This document shows positions 17,168-25,538 of a stretch of DNA of 26,129 nt, in pieces (position 1 is the stretch's first letter; each line of letters begins with the position of its first letter). The DNA is taken from contig DATBIP010000008.1 in NCBI GenBank assembly GCA_036556885.1, positions 1 through 26,129 on the forward strand, read 5' to 3'. The notes under the pieces are model-generated. The model searched no databases, was not told the origin of the DNA, and saw nothing but the letters and a program-made list of their open reading frames with translations. This DNA comes from Nitrosopumilaceae archaeon (GTDB lineage: Archaea > Thermoproteota > Nitrososphaeria > Nitrososphaerales > Nitrosopumilaceae). Position numbers and translations under genes: made by a program.

Positions 17168-19018
17168 GTGCGAATACTTCAATTACATTGTGATAGTATT
17201 GAATATACACCGACAAAAAAAGAGATAAAATCAGCTGAAGAAATTACCCCACAAACAAAACACCTTGACGAAGTCGTTGTGACATTTATTGCTGTTGAAG
17301 AAGGTGATGATAATACTGTTGCAAAAAAAGCAATTGATGAAATTAAAAATTCTATGGCAAAGGTTGGCTGCAAAAAATTATTGTTATACCCATATGCTCA
17401 TCTTAGCTCAAATCTTGCATCACCAAATTCAGCTTTATCCATTATAAAAGAAATGGAATCGTTGGCAACAGATCTTGATGTGTCAAGAGCTCCATTTGGT
17501 TGGACAAAATCCTACAAGTTACAAGTAAAAGGTCATCCACTAGCTGAAAACTCAAAGGTTATTACAAAAGGTGAAGGAGGAGACAATACTTCAGAGGCTG
17601 TCAAATCTGAATCTAAGATAAAATCATACTGGTATATTTTGTCTCCAGATGGAACCATGCAAGAAATTGATAAATTTAATTTTTCAAAACATCCTCAACT
17701 AGAAATCTTATCAAAATATGAAGCTGCAAAGAAGAGATCTGTTGACGAGCCTCCTCCACATGTAAGATTGATGAAAAAAATGGCAATTGCAGACTATGAG
17801 CCGGCATCTGATTCTGGCAACATGCGATTTTATCCAAATGGAAGGCTGATTAAATCTCTAATAGAGCGATATGTGTCTGAAAAAGTTCTAGACTATGGTG
17901 GATACGAGGTTGAAACTCCCATCATGTATGATTCTCATCACCCTAGTCTTGAGAGTTACTTTAATCGTTTTCCTGCGAGGCAATATAACATAAATTCTGA
18001 AGGAAAACAATTGATACTGAGATTTGCTGCCTGTTTTGGGCAATTTTTGATGGCGACTGATTTTCAATTATCTTACAAAAGTTTACCATTACGACTCTAT
18101 GAAATGACAAGATACAGCTTCCGTCGTGAACAGTCAGGGGAGCTAGTTGGTCTAAGAAGACTGCGTGCGTTTACAATGCCAGACTGCCATGCATTTTGTA
18201 AGGACATGAACCAAGCTATTGAAGAGTTTAAAAAAAGATTTGATTTGTCTCGTGAAGTACTTCGTGGTTTAGGTTTGTCTGATTCCGATTACGAGATGGC
18301 AATAAGGTTTACAGAGGAATTTTATAATCAAAACAAGCAACTTGTTCACGAAACAGTAAAAAAACTTGGAAAACCTGTTTTGGTTGAGCTTTGGAAAGAA
18401 AGATTCTTTTATTTTGTCTTAAAATGGGAATTCAATTTTATAGATAATTTAGGTAAGGCCTCTGCACTGTCAACTGATCAAATTGATGTAGAGAACGGAA
18501 AAAGATACAACATTGAGTTTTTTGATGAGCAAAACAAACCGCATAATCCAATAATATTACATAATTCTCCTAGTGGGGCAGTTGAAAGAGTGATTTATGC
18601 ACTGTTAGAAAAAGCAGCAAAGGATGCTAAAGAAGGAAGAAAGCCCAGCTTTCCACTCTGGATGTCACCTACTCAAGTTAGATTAATTCCTATCAGACCA
18701 GAGTTTTTGGAATTTTGTGAAAATATGGCCAATAAACTAACTGCTGCTAAAATTCGTGTAGATATCGATGATAGAAACGAAAGTATTGGAAAAAGAATCC
18801 GCGAAGCGGAAACAGAATGGATTCAATATATTTTGGTAATAGGTGAAAAAGAGGTCAATGCCAAAGACCTTAGCATAAGAAACAGAGAGACTGGCGAACT
18901 CAAACAACTTGTTTTTGAAGAATTTGTAAAGGAAATTAGCGAACAAATTCATGATAAACCTTTTTCAGGCCTCAACTCTAATCGACACTTATCTTCACGA
19001 CCACAGATAATGGTATAA
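17168..19018 (+). CDS. thrS: Threonyl-tRNA synthetase, archaeal type with N-terminal editing domain
   Basis: MRILQLHCD...YPYAHLSSNLA archaeal editing domain; FRREQSGELVGLRRLRAFTMPDCH, HNSPSGAVER and an anticodon-binding domain. Confidence 0.97.
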   Translation: MRILQLHCDSIEYTPTKKEIKSAEEITPQTKHLDEVVVTFIAVEEGDDNTVAKKAIDEIKNSMAKVGCKKLLLYPYAHLSSNLASPNSALSIIKEMESLATDLDVSRAPFGWTKSYKLQVKGHPLAENSKVITKGEGGDNTSEAVKSESKIKSYWYILSPDGTMQEIDKFNFSKHPQLEILSKYEAAKKRSVDEPPPHVRLMKKMAIADYEPASDSGNMRFYPNGRLIKSLIERYVSEKVLDYGGYEVETPIMYDSHHPSLESYFNRFPARQYNINSEGKQLILRFAACFGQFLMATDFQLSYKSLPLRLYEMTRYSFRREQSGELVGLRRLRAFTMPDCHAFCKDMNQAIEEFKKRFDLSREVLRGLGLSDSDYEMAIRFTEEFYNQNKQLVHETVKKLGKPVLVELWKERFFYFVLKWEFNFIDNLGKASALSTDQIDVENGKRYNIEFFDEQNKPHNPIILHNSPSGAVERVIYALLEKAAKDAKEGRKPSFPLWMSPTQVRLIPIRPEFLEFCENMANKLTAAKIRVDIDDRNESIGKRIREAETEWIQYILVIGEKEVNAKDLSIRNRETGELKQLVFEEFVKEISEQIHDKPFSGLNSNRHLSSRPQIMV

Positions 19019-19043
19019 TTTTTTTCAAACAATTTGATGATGT

Positions 19044-19060
19044 GTATTTTTCGAACAAAC
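19044..19060. promoter_or_regulatory. Palindromic motif site 6 (GTATTTT-TCG-AACAAAC)
   Basis: 12/14 match, 42 nt upstream of the receiver ATG at 19103. Confidence 0.5.
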
Positions 19061-19102
19061 TAAAGCAGAAATCTGTAGATATTAAATAAAAATAGACACC
19101 AT

Positions 19103-19573
19103 ATGGGAATGAAGATACTCGTAGCTGAAGACAGTCCGTCTCTAGCATTACTATACAAAAAAACTTTGGAAAAACGAGGTCATATGGTAATCATTACTGA
19201 AAATGGCTTCAAGTGTCTCTATCAGTACTTAGATGATTATAAAATTCGTGGAGGAGATAAGAAAAAAACCTCTCTTTACGACCTTGTCATCTTAGATCAC
19301 AAAATGCCAAGAATGTCTGGCACAGAAGTTGCTAAAGAAATCATGGAAGTTAACCCAAAACAAAGAATTCTTTTTGTTACAGGGTATGTTAAGGATATGA
19401 TGAAAGGTGTTAGAAAAATTGGAGAAAAAATTGAGCTTATGCAAAAACCATTCCCGATTGATGCAATGATTCGCCAAGTAGAAGGTATCAACGAAAGATG
19501 GAGAAAAAAAATGACAGAAAAGATAGCAATGGAAATGTGGGATGGGGAAGGACTATCAGAACCAATCCAATAA
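19103..19573 (+). CDS. Stand-alone response regulator receiver #3 with short C-terminal tail
   Basis: VAEDS, LDHKMP, VTGY and QKP motifs; tail RWRKKMTEKIAMEMWDGEGLSEPIQ. Confidence 0.92.
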   Translation: MGMKILVAEDSPSLALLYKKTLEKRGHMVIITENGFKCLYQYLDDYKIRGGDKKKTSLYDLVILDHKMPRMSGTEVAKEIMEVNPKQRILFVTGYVKDMMKGVRKIGEKIELMQKPFPIDAMIRQVEGINERWRKKMTEKIAMEMWDGEGLSEPIQ

Positions 19574-19627
19574 TACATTCCCTTTGAATTTATTATAGGG
19601 AAATTTTCAGTACCATATGATAGAAAC

Positions 19628-20497
19628 ATGAGCTATCTTGATCTGTATATGAATAGAAATCCCTTGATTACTAGTCCAAGTGAAGAAGGAGAACCTTCAA
19701 CAATTCTTTATGGAATACCTTTTGATTCTACCCATTCGTATCGTCCAGGAACAAGATTTGGGCCTGATGCCATACGTGAATCTTTTAACAATATTGAAAT
19801 TTTTATGCCTCAATTTTCAGTTGATTTAGAAACAGTCAACATTGAAGATTTGGGTAATACAAAACATACCGTAGTAGCAAAAGAAATGCTAGATATGGTT
19901 TCAAAAATCACCTCAGAATTAATCAAAAAAGAAAAACAAATTATCATTCTTGGTGGTGAGCATCTAATTACTCTTGGAACATATCCATGCTTTCCAAAAG
20001 AAACTGGGTATATTGTATTTGATGCACACTATGATCTTCGTGACGAGTATGCAGACATCAAACTTAGTCATGCATCATATTTACGAAGATTGATAGAAAA
20101 ACAAGGCTCTGATAGAATTATTCATGTTGGTGCAAGGTCATATGTTAAAGAAGAATTAGCGTTTAAAGAAGAACATAAAGTAAAGACAATCTCTGATTGG
20201 GATATTAGACACGGTAATGGTTCAAAGTTAGTCAAAGATGCAGTTTCAGTTTTTGACAAGTTGTATGTGAGCATAGATTTGGATGTCTTAGACCCAGCTT
20301 TTGCGCCTGGAGTTGGCAACCCAGAGGCAGTAGGAATAACTTCTAGAGAATTATACGATATGATTAGTTCACTAAAAGATCAAAAAATTACCGGTGCAGA
20401 TATTGTTGAATTATGCCCCACATACGATAATGGTGCAACTGCATCAATGGCTGCAAGATTAATGTCAGCAATAATAGCTATGAATATTAAGAAATAA
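19628..20497 (+). CDS. speB: Agmatinase (ureohydrolase family)
   Basis: GIPFD...RPGTRFGP, GGEH, DAHYD and SIDLDVLDP...APGVG metal-binding motifs. Confidence 0.92.
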   Translation: MSYLDLYMNRNPLITSPSEEGEPSTILYGIPFDSTHSYRPGTRFGPDAIRESFNNIEIFMPQFSVDLETVNIEDLGNTKHTVVAKEMLDMVSKITSELIKKEKQIIILGGEHLITLGTYPCFPKETGYIVFDAHYDLRDEYADIKLSHASYLRRLIEKQGSDRIIHVGARSYVKEELAFKEEHKVKTISDWDIRHGNGSKLVKDAVSVFDKLYVSIDLDVLDPAFAPGVGNPEAVGITSRELYDMISSLKDQKITGADIVELCPTYDNGATASMAARLMSAIIAMNIKK

Positions 20498-20630
20498 TTT
20501 TTTGATTATTCTCGAATTTATCCATTTTTTTTAGAAATGATTCAAAAATTTCAGCGTCTGATACTTTATCAGTTTTCTCTTTATTTGCTTCAAGAGTAAT
20601 TTGATGAATCATATGTGTAGTTATGACCAT
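20487..20630 (-). CDS. Possible small protein (47 aa)
   Basis: Not in the ORF track. Translation: MVITTHMIHQITLEANKEKTDKVSDAEIFESFLKKMDKFENNQKIIS*. Its stop overlaps the agmatinase 3' end, and CTATATCT plus a motif copy lie upstream. Confidence 0.4.
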   Translation of the reverse strand: MVITTHMIHQITLEANKEKTDKVSDAEIFESFLKKMDKFENNQKIIS

Positions 20631-20664
20631 AGTAATTTTTTCATGCATGTAGATATAGGGAATT

Positions 20665-20681
20665 GTGTGTTCAAAAAAAAT
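20665..20681. promoter_or_regulatory. Palindromic motif site 7 (GTGTGTT-CAA-AAAAAAT)
   Basis: 11/14 match; shares GTGTGTTCA with site 1; 34 nt upstream of ATG 20630. Confidence 0.35.
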
Positions 20682-20763
20682 CTACAGGAAAGCATGCCTA
20701 AAGACCTAAGAATTGTATTTTTTCATCTGAATTTTTTATATATGTGGAAATTAGGGGAATTTC

Positions 20764-21333
20764 GTGTTAAATAATCTTAGAAATTCATTACAGCCATATC
20801 TAGAAAAAATTGGCAGAGCATTTGCAGCTACTGGTCTTTCCCCTAATTTTTGGACTGGTGTTGGAATTGCAATTGCTTTTGCATCGGCATTAGTTTATGG
20901 TTTGAATATTGAATTTGCATTAATAATTGGAGGAATACTATTACTAGTATCTGGATTTTTTGATATAGTAGATGGACAAGTTGCTAGAGTAACACAAAAG
21001 ACTTCAAAAAAAGGAGCTTTGCTTGATTCTATATTTGATAAAATTGCAGAAGTTGCAATATTTCTTGGAATATTAATTGGTGGATATGCAGAACCGTATT
21101 TGGTATTTCTTGCGATTACACTATCGCTGCTAGTTAGCTATACAAGAGCAAGAGCAGAATCTCTTGAAATAAAATTGCAAGGAATTGGTATTGGGGAACG
21201 TGCAGAACGATTGCTTGTAATTGCTATTATCGGCATGATTGGATTCATGGATTATGCTGTAATGATTGTGATTGTCATAGCTGGAATCACTTTAATTCAA
21301 AGAATTGTTGTTACTGCAAAACAATTACACTAG
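20764..21333 (+). CDS. CDP-alcohol phosphatidyltransferase (archaetidylinositol phosphate synthase-like)
   Basis: DIVDGQVAR...GALLDSIFDK signature; SYTRARAE and ERAER. Confidence 0.9.
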   Translation: MLNNLRNSLQPYLEKIGRAFAATGLSPNFWTGVGIAIAFASALVYGLNIEFALIIGGILLLVSGFFDIVDGQVARVTQKTSKKGALLDSIFDKIAEVAIFLGILIGGYAEPYLVFLAITLSLLVSYTRARAESLEIKLQGIGIGERAERLLVIAIIGMIGFMDYAVMIVIVIAGITLIQRIVVTAKQLH

Positions 21334-21334
21334 A

Positions 21335-21622
21335 TTATCTTAATCTGCCACGATCTCTTCTTGAAGATTCAGACCTAATCTTTAGAATACCAAAATGTAT
21401 GGCACAAGAAATGCAGTACCACTTTAATATTCTAGGGGACGCAATGTAGGCACCTTGTGCTCGTAACTCTTTTGCAAGCGAGTGTTCAACTAGATTAAGT
21501 CTAGAAGTAACTTTTTTTGCTTTATCACGAGGTACAGTTGCTCCGCAATTTGTACATTGTATTCTATCTGAAGAGCCTTTTCCACCTTTTCTACGTCCTC
21601 TGCTGGCCCTCTTTAATGGCAT
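21335..21622 (-). CDS. rps26e: 30S ribosomal protein S26e
   Basis: MPLKRASRGRRKGG...CTNCGATVPRDKAKK...CISCAIH. Confidence 0.97.
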   Translation of the reverse strand: MPLKRASRGRRKGGKGSSDRIQCTNCGATVPRDKAKKVTSRLNLVEHSLAKELRAQGAYIASPRILKWYCISCAIHFGILKIRSESSRRDRGRLR

Positions 21623-21784
21623 GACCCTTCATCCTTATTCTTCCTTATATGCTTGCGTTTTTACTGATAATTTCTACGCGAGTCTTTTATTGAAAAACAG
21701 TTAAAACATTTTCAAGATAGGAAGTGGGCTCATATTATACCCCACAATTCCGTCTAAACCGACCATAGCCCTTTGGTACGAGCT

Positions 21785-21804
21785 TTTTAGGAATGTTCCT
21801 AAAA
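21785..21804. promoter_or_regulatory. Perfect 9-bp inverted repeat TTTTAGGAA-TG-TTCCTAAAA, candidate operator
   Basis: Read directly from the sequence in the rps26e / zinc-finger divergent region. Confidence 0.35.
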
Positions 21805-21875
21805 TTGCTCTACCAAAATACAAATTCTCATAAAAATATTCTTAAAGATTTAAGGCTCTTTATCCAATTTACAGT

Positions 21876-21992
21876 ATGAAAGGACTGTGCCATTCTTGCC
21901 TGACTTCTAATGTAGAGTTAGTTATAGTAAAAGGGGACATAATCTGTAATGAATGCAATAAAAAAAGAATGGAAAAAACTAAATCATCATAA
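21876..21992 (+). CDS. Tiny zinc-finger protein (38 aa)
   Basis: Not in the ORF track. Translation: MKGLCHSCLTSNVELVIVKGDIICNECNKKRMEKTKSS* (CxxC-x15-CxxC); 15 nt upstream of the PfkB gene. Confidence 0.75.
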   Translation: MKGLCHSCLTSNVELVIVKGDIICNECNKKRMEKTKSS

Positions 21993-22007
21993 AATTCGTT
22001 ATAAGAA

Positions 22008-22877
22008 GTGAAATTTGCAGTATTTTCTCATTGCACGATAGATTACATCAATCTTGGAAATTCATCATATGAACAAATTGGCGGTCCTGGATGTTATTGT
22101 GGAATCACAGCAAAAAACCTAAAGTTTGATGCTCAATTGATTACAAAATTTGGAAATGATTTTCCAAAAGAGATTCTCACCAGAAAAAAGATATTATTTG
22201 AAAATGCGTTATCTGGCAGGCCCACAACAAAGTTCAATATTACAATTTCAGGGACAGATAGAAGATTATCTCTTCTTGAAACCTGTGAACCAATAGAATA
22301 TTCTAAAACCAATGCTGATGGAACTGTAATTAGTCCCGTATATGATGAAATATCAAACGAGGTGTACACCAAAATTAAAAATGATTCAAGTTTTGTTTTA
22401 CTTGATCCTCAAGGTTTCTTACGAAGAACTGACTCTGAAAAAAAAATTATTTTAGAAAAAACTGACATTGATTTATCAAAAATTTCAGCAATAAAGGTTA
22501 ACCCTGATGAGATTTTTTGTTTAACAAATGATGTAGGGCTTCAAGCTCTGAAAAATCTTCAAAAAAGGGGGGTTGAACACGTAATACTTACTAACAAACG
22601 AGAAATTTCCCTGCTTGTAAAAGATAAATTATATTCTATTACTTTGCCAAATTTGGAGTTGTACGATACTACTGGACTAGGGGATATTTTCTGCGCAACA
22701 TTTTGTTGTACGATATTAAAAGAAAAGGATTTTTTTTGGGCTCTATGCTTTGCAGGGGGTGCAGCTCAAGCCGCAATTGAAACAAAAGAAGTGGGATTAG
22801 AGAAAATACCTGCAAAAGGCGCAATAGAGACCAATGCAGCGTATTTCTATAATCAAGTAAAGTTCAAACAGGTCTAG
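22008..22877 (+). CDS. PfkB/ribokinase-family carbohydrate kinase
   Basis: IGGPG, LDPQGF and DTTGLGDIF (anion-hole DTTGAGD variant). Confidence 0.88.
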   Translation: MKFAVFSHCTIDYINLGNSSYEQIGGPGCYCGITAKNLKFDAQLITKFGNDFPKEILTRKKILFENALSGRPTTKFNITISGTDRRLSLLETCEPIEYSKTNADGTVISPVYDEISNEVYTKIKNDSSFVLLDPQGFLRRTDSEKKIILEKTDIDLSKISAIKVNPDEIFCLTNDVGLQALKNLQKRGVEHVILTNKREISLLVKDKLYSITLPNLELYDTTGLGDIFCATFCCTILKEKDFFWALCFAGGAAQAAIETKEVGLEKIPAKGAIETNAAYFYNQVKFKQV

Positions 22878-22908
22878 TTTTTATTCTACCAAACATTGTA
22901 ATTGCTTT

Positions 22909-23907
22909 GTGCAAATTGGAATCTTTGACTCTGGAATTAGCGAATCAGCAATCAAATCCATAAAAAGTGAATTAGATAATGCCTCAATAAGTTATTTTAT
23001 GATGAGCCCTCGTTCTAAACCAAAACCTGCAGATTGCATAATTGTTCTTGGTGGTGATAGAGGCGTTCGAAATTATTTTCGTGGAAGTTTTGATTCAAAT
23101 ATCCCTGTCTTGGGAATTAGTGAATCTGAATCTAGTGGATTTTTGGCACAAATTGATCTCAAAGAGCTTTCTTCATATCTGAATCGATTAAAAAATAAAA
23201 ATTACACAGTAGAAGAGGTTCCAAGAATTGGAGTCAAAATAGATGGAAAAAGTGTATATCCTGTCTTAAATGATGTAGCAGTCTTTACCTCAAAGAGTGC
23301 AACCTTGATGGAATATACTCTAAGAGTAAATGATGAGGAAGTATGGCATGATAGTAGCGATGGAGTGATTATTTCTACACCAATTGGCTCTTCTGCTTAC
23401 TCGATGTCAGCTGGAGGTCCAGTAATATTTCAGGATTCTTCAGTATTTGGAATAATTTCGGTAAACTCTCTAGATGTGACAAGACGTCCTCTAATAGTTT
23501 CAAATGACAGTCTGATTGTAATTGATGATATCTCCTCAAGACTTTATTGTGAAGTTGTATTAGATGGAATTGATCGATACAAGGTAAATAAAACATTAGA
23601 GTGCACCAAATACAAACCTGCTAGGATTATTAGAATGAAAAAAGATTCCACTGCAATTTCTGCTCTAGCAAAAAAAGTACACCTTGCAGAAGATCTTCTA
23701 AACATGCCACCAAGCTCAAAACTATTATTAAAGATTCTAGAGTATGAAGGCGCTATGACTCAAAAGGAGCTTGGTAAAAAAACAATGTTGCCAGACAGAA
23801 CGGTAAGGCTTGCATTAAGTCATCTCCTTGATAAGGGGTATGTAAAGAAAAAAGTCTCAATGCGTGATGCTAGACAAAAAATCTACGAGATATCCAAATT
23901 AGACTAG
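22909..23907 (+). CDS. NAD kinase-family protein fused to a C-terminal winged HTH
   Basis: LGGDRG, LNDV, SSDGVIISTPIGSSAYSMSAGGP; C-terminal MTQKELGKKTMLPDRTVRLALSHLLDKGYVKK...DARQKIY. Confidence 0.88.
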   Translation: MQIGIFDSGISESAIKSIKSELDNASISYFMMSPRSKPKPADCIIVLGGDRGVRNYFRGSFDSNIPVLGISESESSGFLAQIDLKELSSYLNRLKNKNYTVEEVPRIGVKIDGKSVYPVLNDVAVFTSKSATLMEYTLRVNDEEVWHDSSDGVIISTPIGSSAYSMSAGGPVIFQDSSVFGIISVNSLDVTRRPLIVSNDSLIVIDDISSRLYCEVVLDGIDRYKVNKTLECTKYKPARIIRMKKDSTAISALAKKVHLAEDLLNMPPSSKLLLKILEYEGAMTQKELGKKTMLPDRTVRLALSHLLDKGYVKKKVSMRDARQKIYEISKLD

Positions 23908-25502
23908 CGTGACGCAGCTTCTAAAAATGCTCTAAATGAGTCTTCAGGAAATCCCGGCCTGCTACTAAATTCAGGGTGGAATTGCACTCCAAAAAAGAAT
24001 TTGTGTGATGGAATTTCTAATGTCTCCATTCTTTTTCCATTGTCACTTTCTCCTGAAAAAACCATGCCATTATCAATAAATTTGTCAAGATACTGTTTAT
24101 TGAATTCAAACCTATGTCTATGACGCTTGAAAATAATTTCAGAGTTGTAGATTTTGTATGCAAGAGAATTTTCCTTTATGATAATATCATTTGTTCCTAA
24201 TCGTAATGAACCGCCCATGTTTGAAACATCTTTTTGTTCAGGCAACAAGTCAATAACAGGATGTGGGGTTTTAGGATCAACTTCAGTAGAATTTGCATTC
24301 TCTAAACCACACACGCTTCTTCCAAATGCAACAGCAGCTAATTGAAAACCAAAACATATTCCAAGATATGGAATATTTTTCTCTCGTGCAAAGTTTGCAG
24401 TTTTGATTATTCCTTCAGAACCTCTTATTCCAAAGCCTCCTGGAACAAGTATACCGTCAAAACCAGCTAATCTTTCCATATTACCATCAAGAGTTTCTGA
24501 ATCAATCCATTCAATTGACACGTCTTTATTAATCGCAGAGCCTGCGTGTTTTAACGCATGATTCACGCTAACATAGCTGTCAGCTAATGTAACATACTTG
24601 CCAACCATTGCAATCTTAATGGATTCTTGATGTTTCTTTAACGAATTAACAATTGCATTCCATTTGTCCCAGTTTGCTGATGCATTTACTAATCCTACTT
24701 TTCCAAACTTTTTGAAAATAATGTCTACTAACCCTTGATCATTTAGAATTTGTGGAACTAGGAAAATCGAATCCACATCATGACAAGAAAATACATCTCT
24801 AACAGAAACATTAGTAAACATTGAGATCTTTTTCTTTGTTTTTTCTAAAAGGGGATAACTACAACGAACTGTAAGTAAATCAGGTTGAATACCTATTCTT
24901 CGCAATTCTTGAACACTGTGTTGTGTTGGTTTTGTTTTCTGCTCACCTACCACGTCAAGTGATGGGGCTAGTGTAACATGAACAAAAATTACATTTTCAG
25001 GACCGTCTTCTGCCCTAATTTGCCTCAAGGCTTCAAGAAATGGTAAGCTTTCAATGTCTCCAACAGTTCCACCACATTCAACTACTAAAATATCAAGATT
25101 TTCGTCTTCTGCGATTTTTCTAATACGATTTTTTATCTCATCGGTGATGTGTGGAATTATTTGTACACATGCACCAAGATATTCTCCTCTTCGTTCAGCC
25201 TCAATTACTTTAGAATAAATTTGAGCAGTAGTGATATTATGAGATTTTGGAATATCGACATTAAGAAATCTTTCGTAATTTCCTATATCCATATCACATT
25301 CTCCGCCATCATTTGTAACAAAGACTTCCCCATGGGCAACTGGGTTCATGGTGCCAGCATCAAAATTTAGGTATGGATCTATTTTTACACAAGATACTTT
25401 TTGGTTTGATAATTGTAAGAGTTTTGCTATAGAAGACGAAACTACGCCTTTTCCAAGGCCAGACATAACTCCCCCTGTTATGAAAATGTATTTCGTCTGC
25501 AC
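23904..25502 (-). CDS. pyrG: CTP synthase
   Basis: [37 protein letters not shown] and QFHPE. Confidence 0.98.
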   Translation of the reverse strand: MQTKYIFITGGVMSGLGKGVVSSSIAKLLQLSNQKVSCVKIDPYLNFDAGTMNPVAHGEVFVTNDGGECDMDIGNYERFLNVDIPKSHNITTAQIYSKVIEAERRGEYLGACVQIIPHITDEIKNRIRKIAEDENLDILVVECGGTVGDIESLPFLEALRQIRAEDGPENVIFVHVTLAPSLDVVGEQKTKPTQHSVQELRRIGIQPDLLTVRCSYPLLEKTKKKISMFTNVSVRDVFSCHDVDSIFLVPQILNDQGLVDIIFKKFGKVGLVNASANWDKWNAIVNSLKKHQESIKIAMVGKYVTLADSYVSVNHALKHAGSAINKDVSIEWIDSETLDGNMERLAGFDGILVPGGFGIRGSEGIIKTANFAREKNIPYLGICFGFQLAAVAFGRSVCGLENANSTEVDPKTPHPVIDLLPEQKDVSNMGGSLRLGTNDIIIKENSLAYKIYNSEIIFKRHRHRFEFNKQYLDKFIDNGMVFSGESDNGKRMETLEIPSHKFFFGVQFHPEFSSRPGFPEDSFRAFLEAASR

Positions 25503-25538
25503 ATTAGTGATGGAAAAATCCCATATTTATTCTTGACA

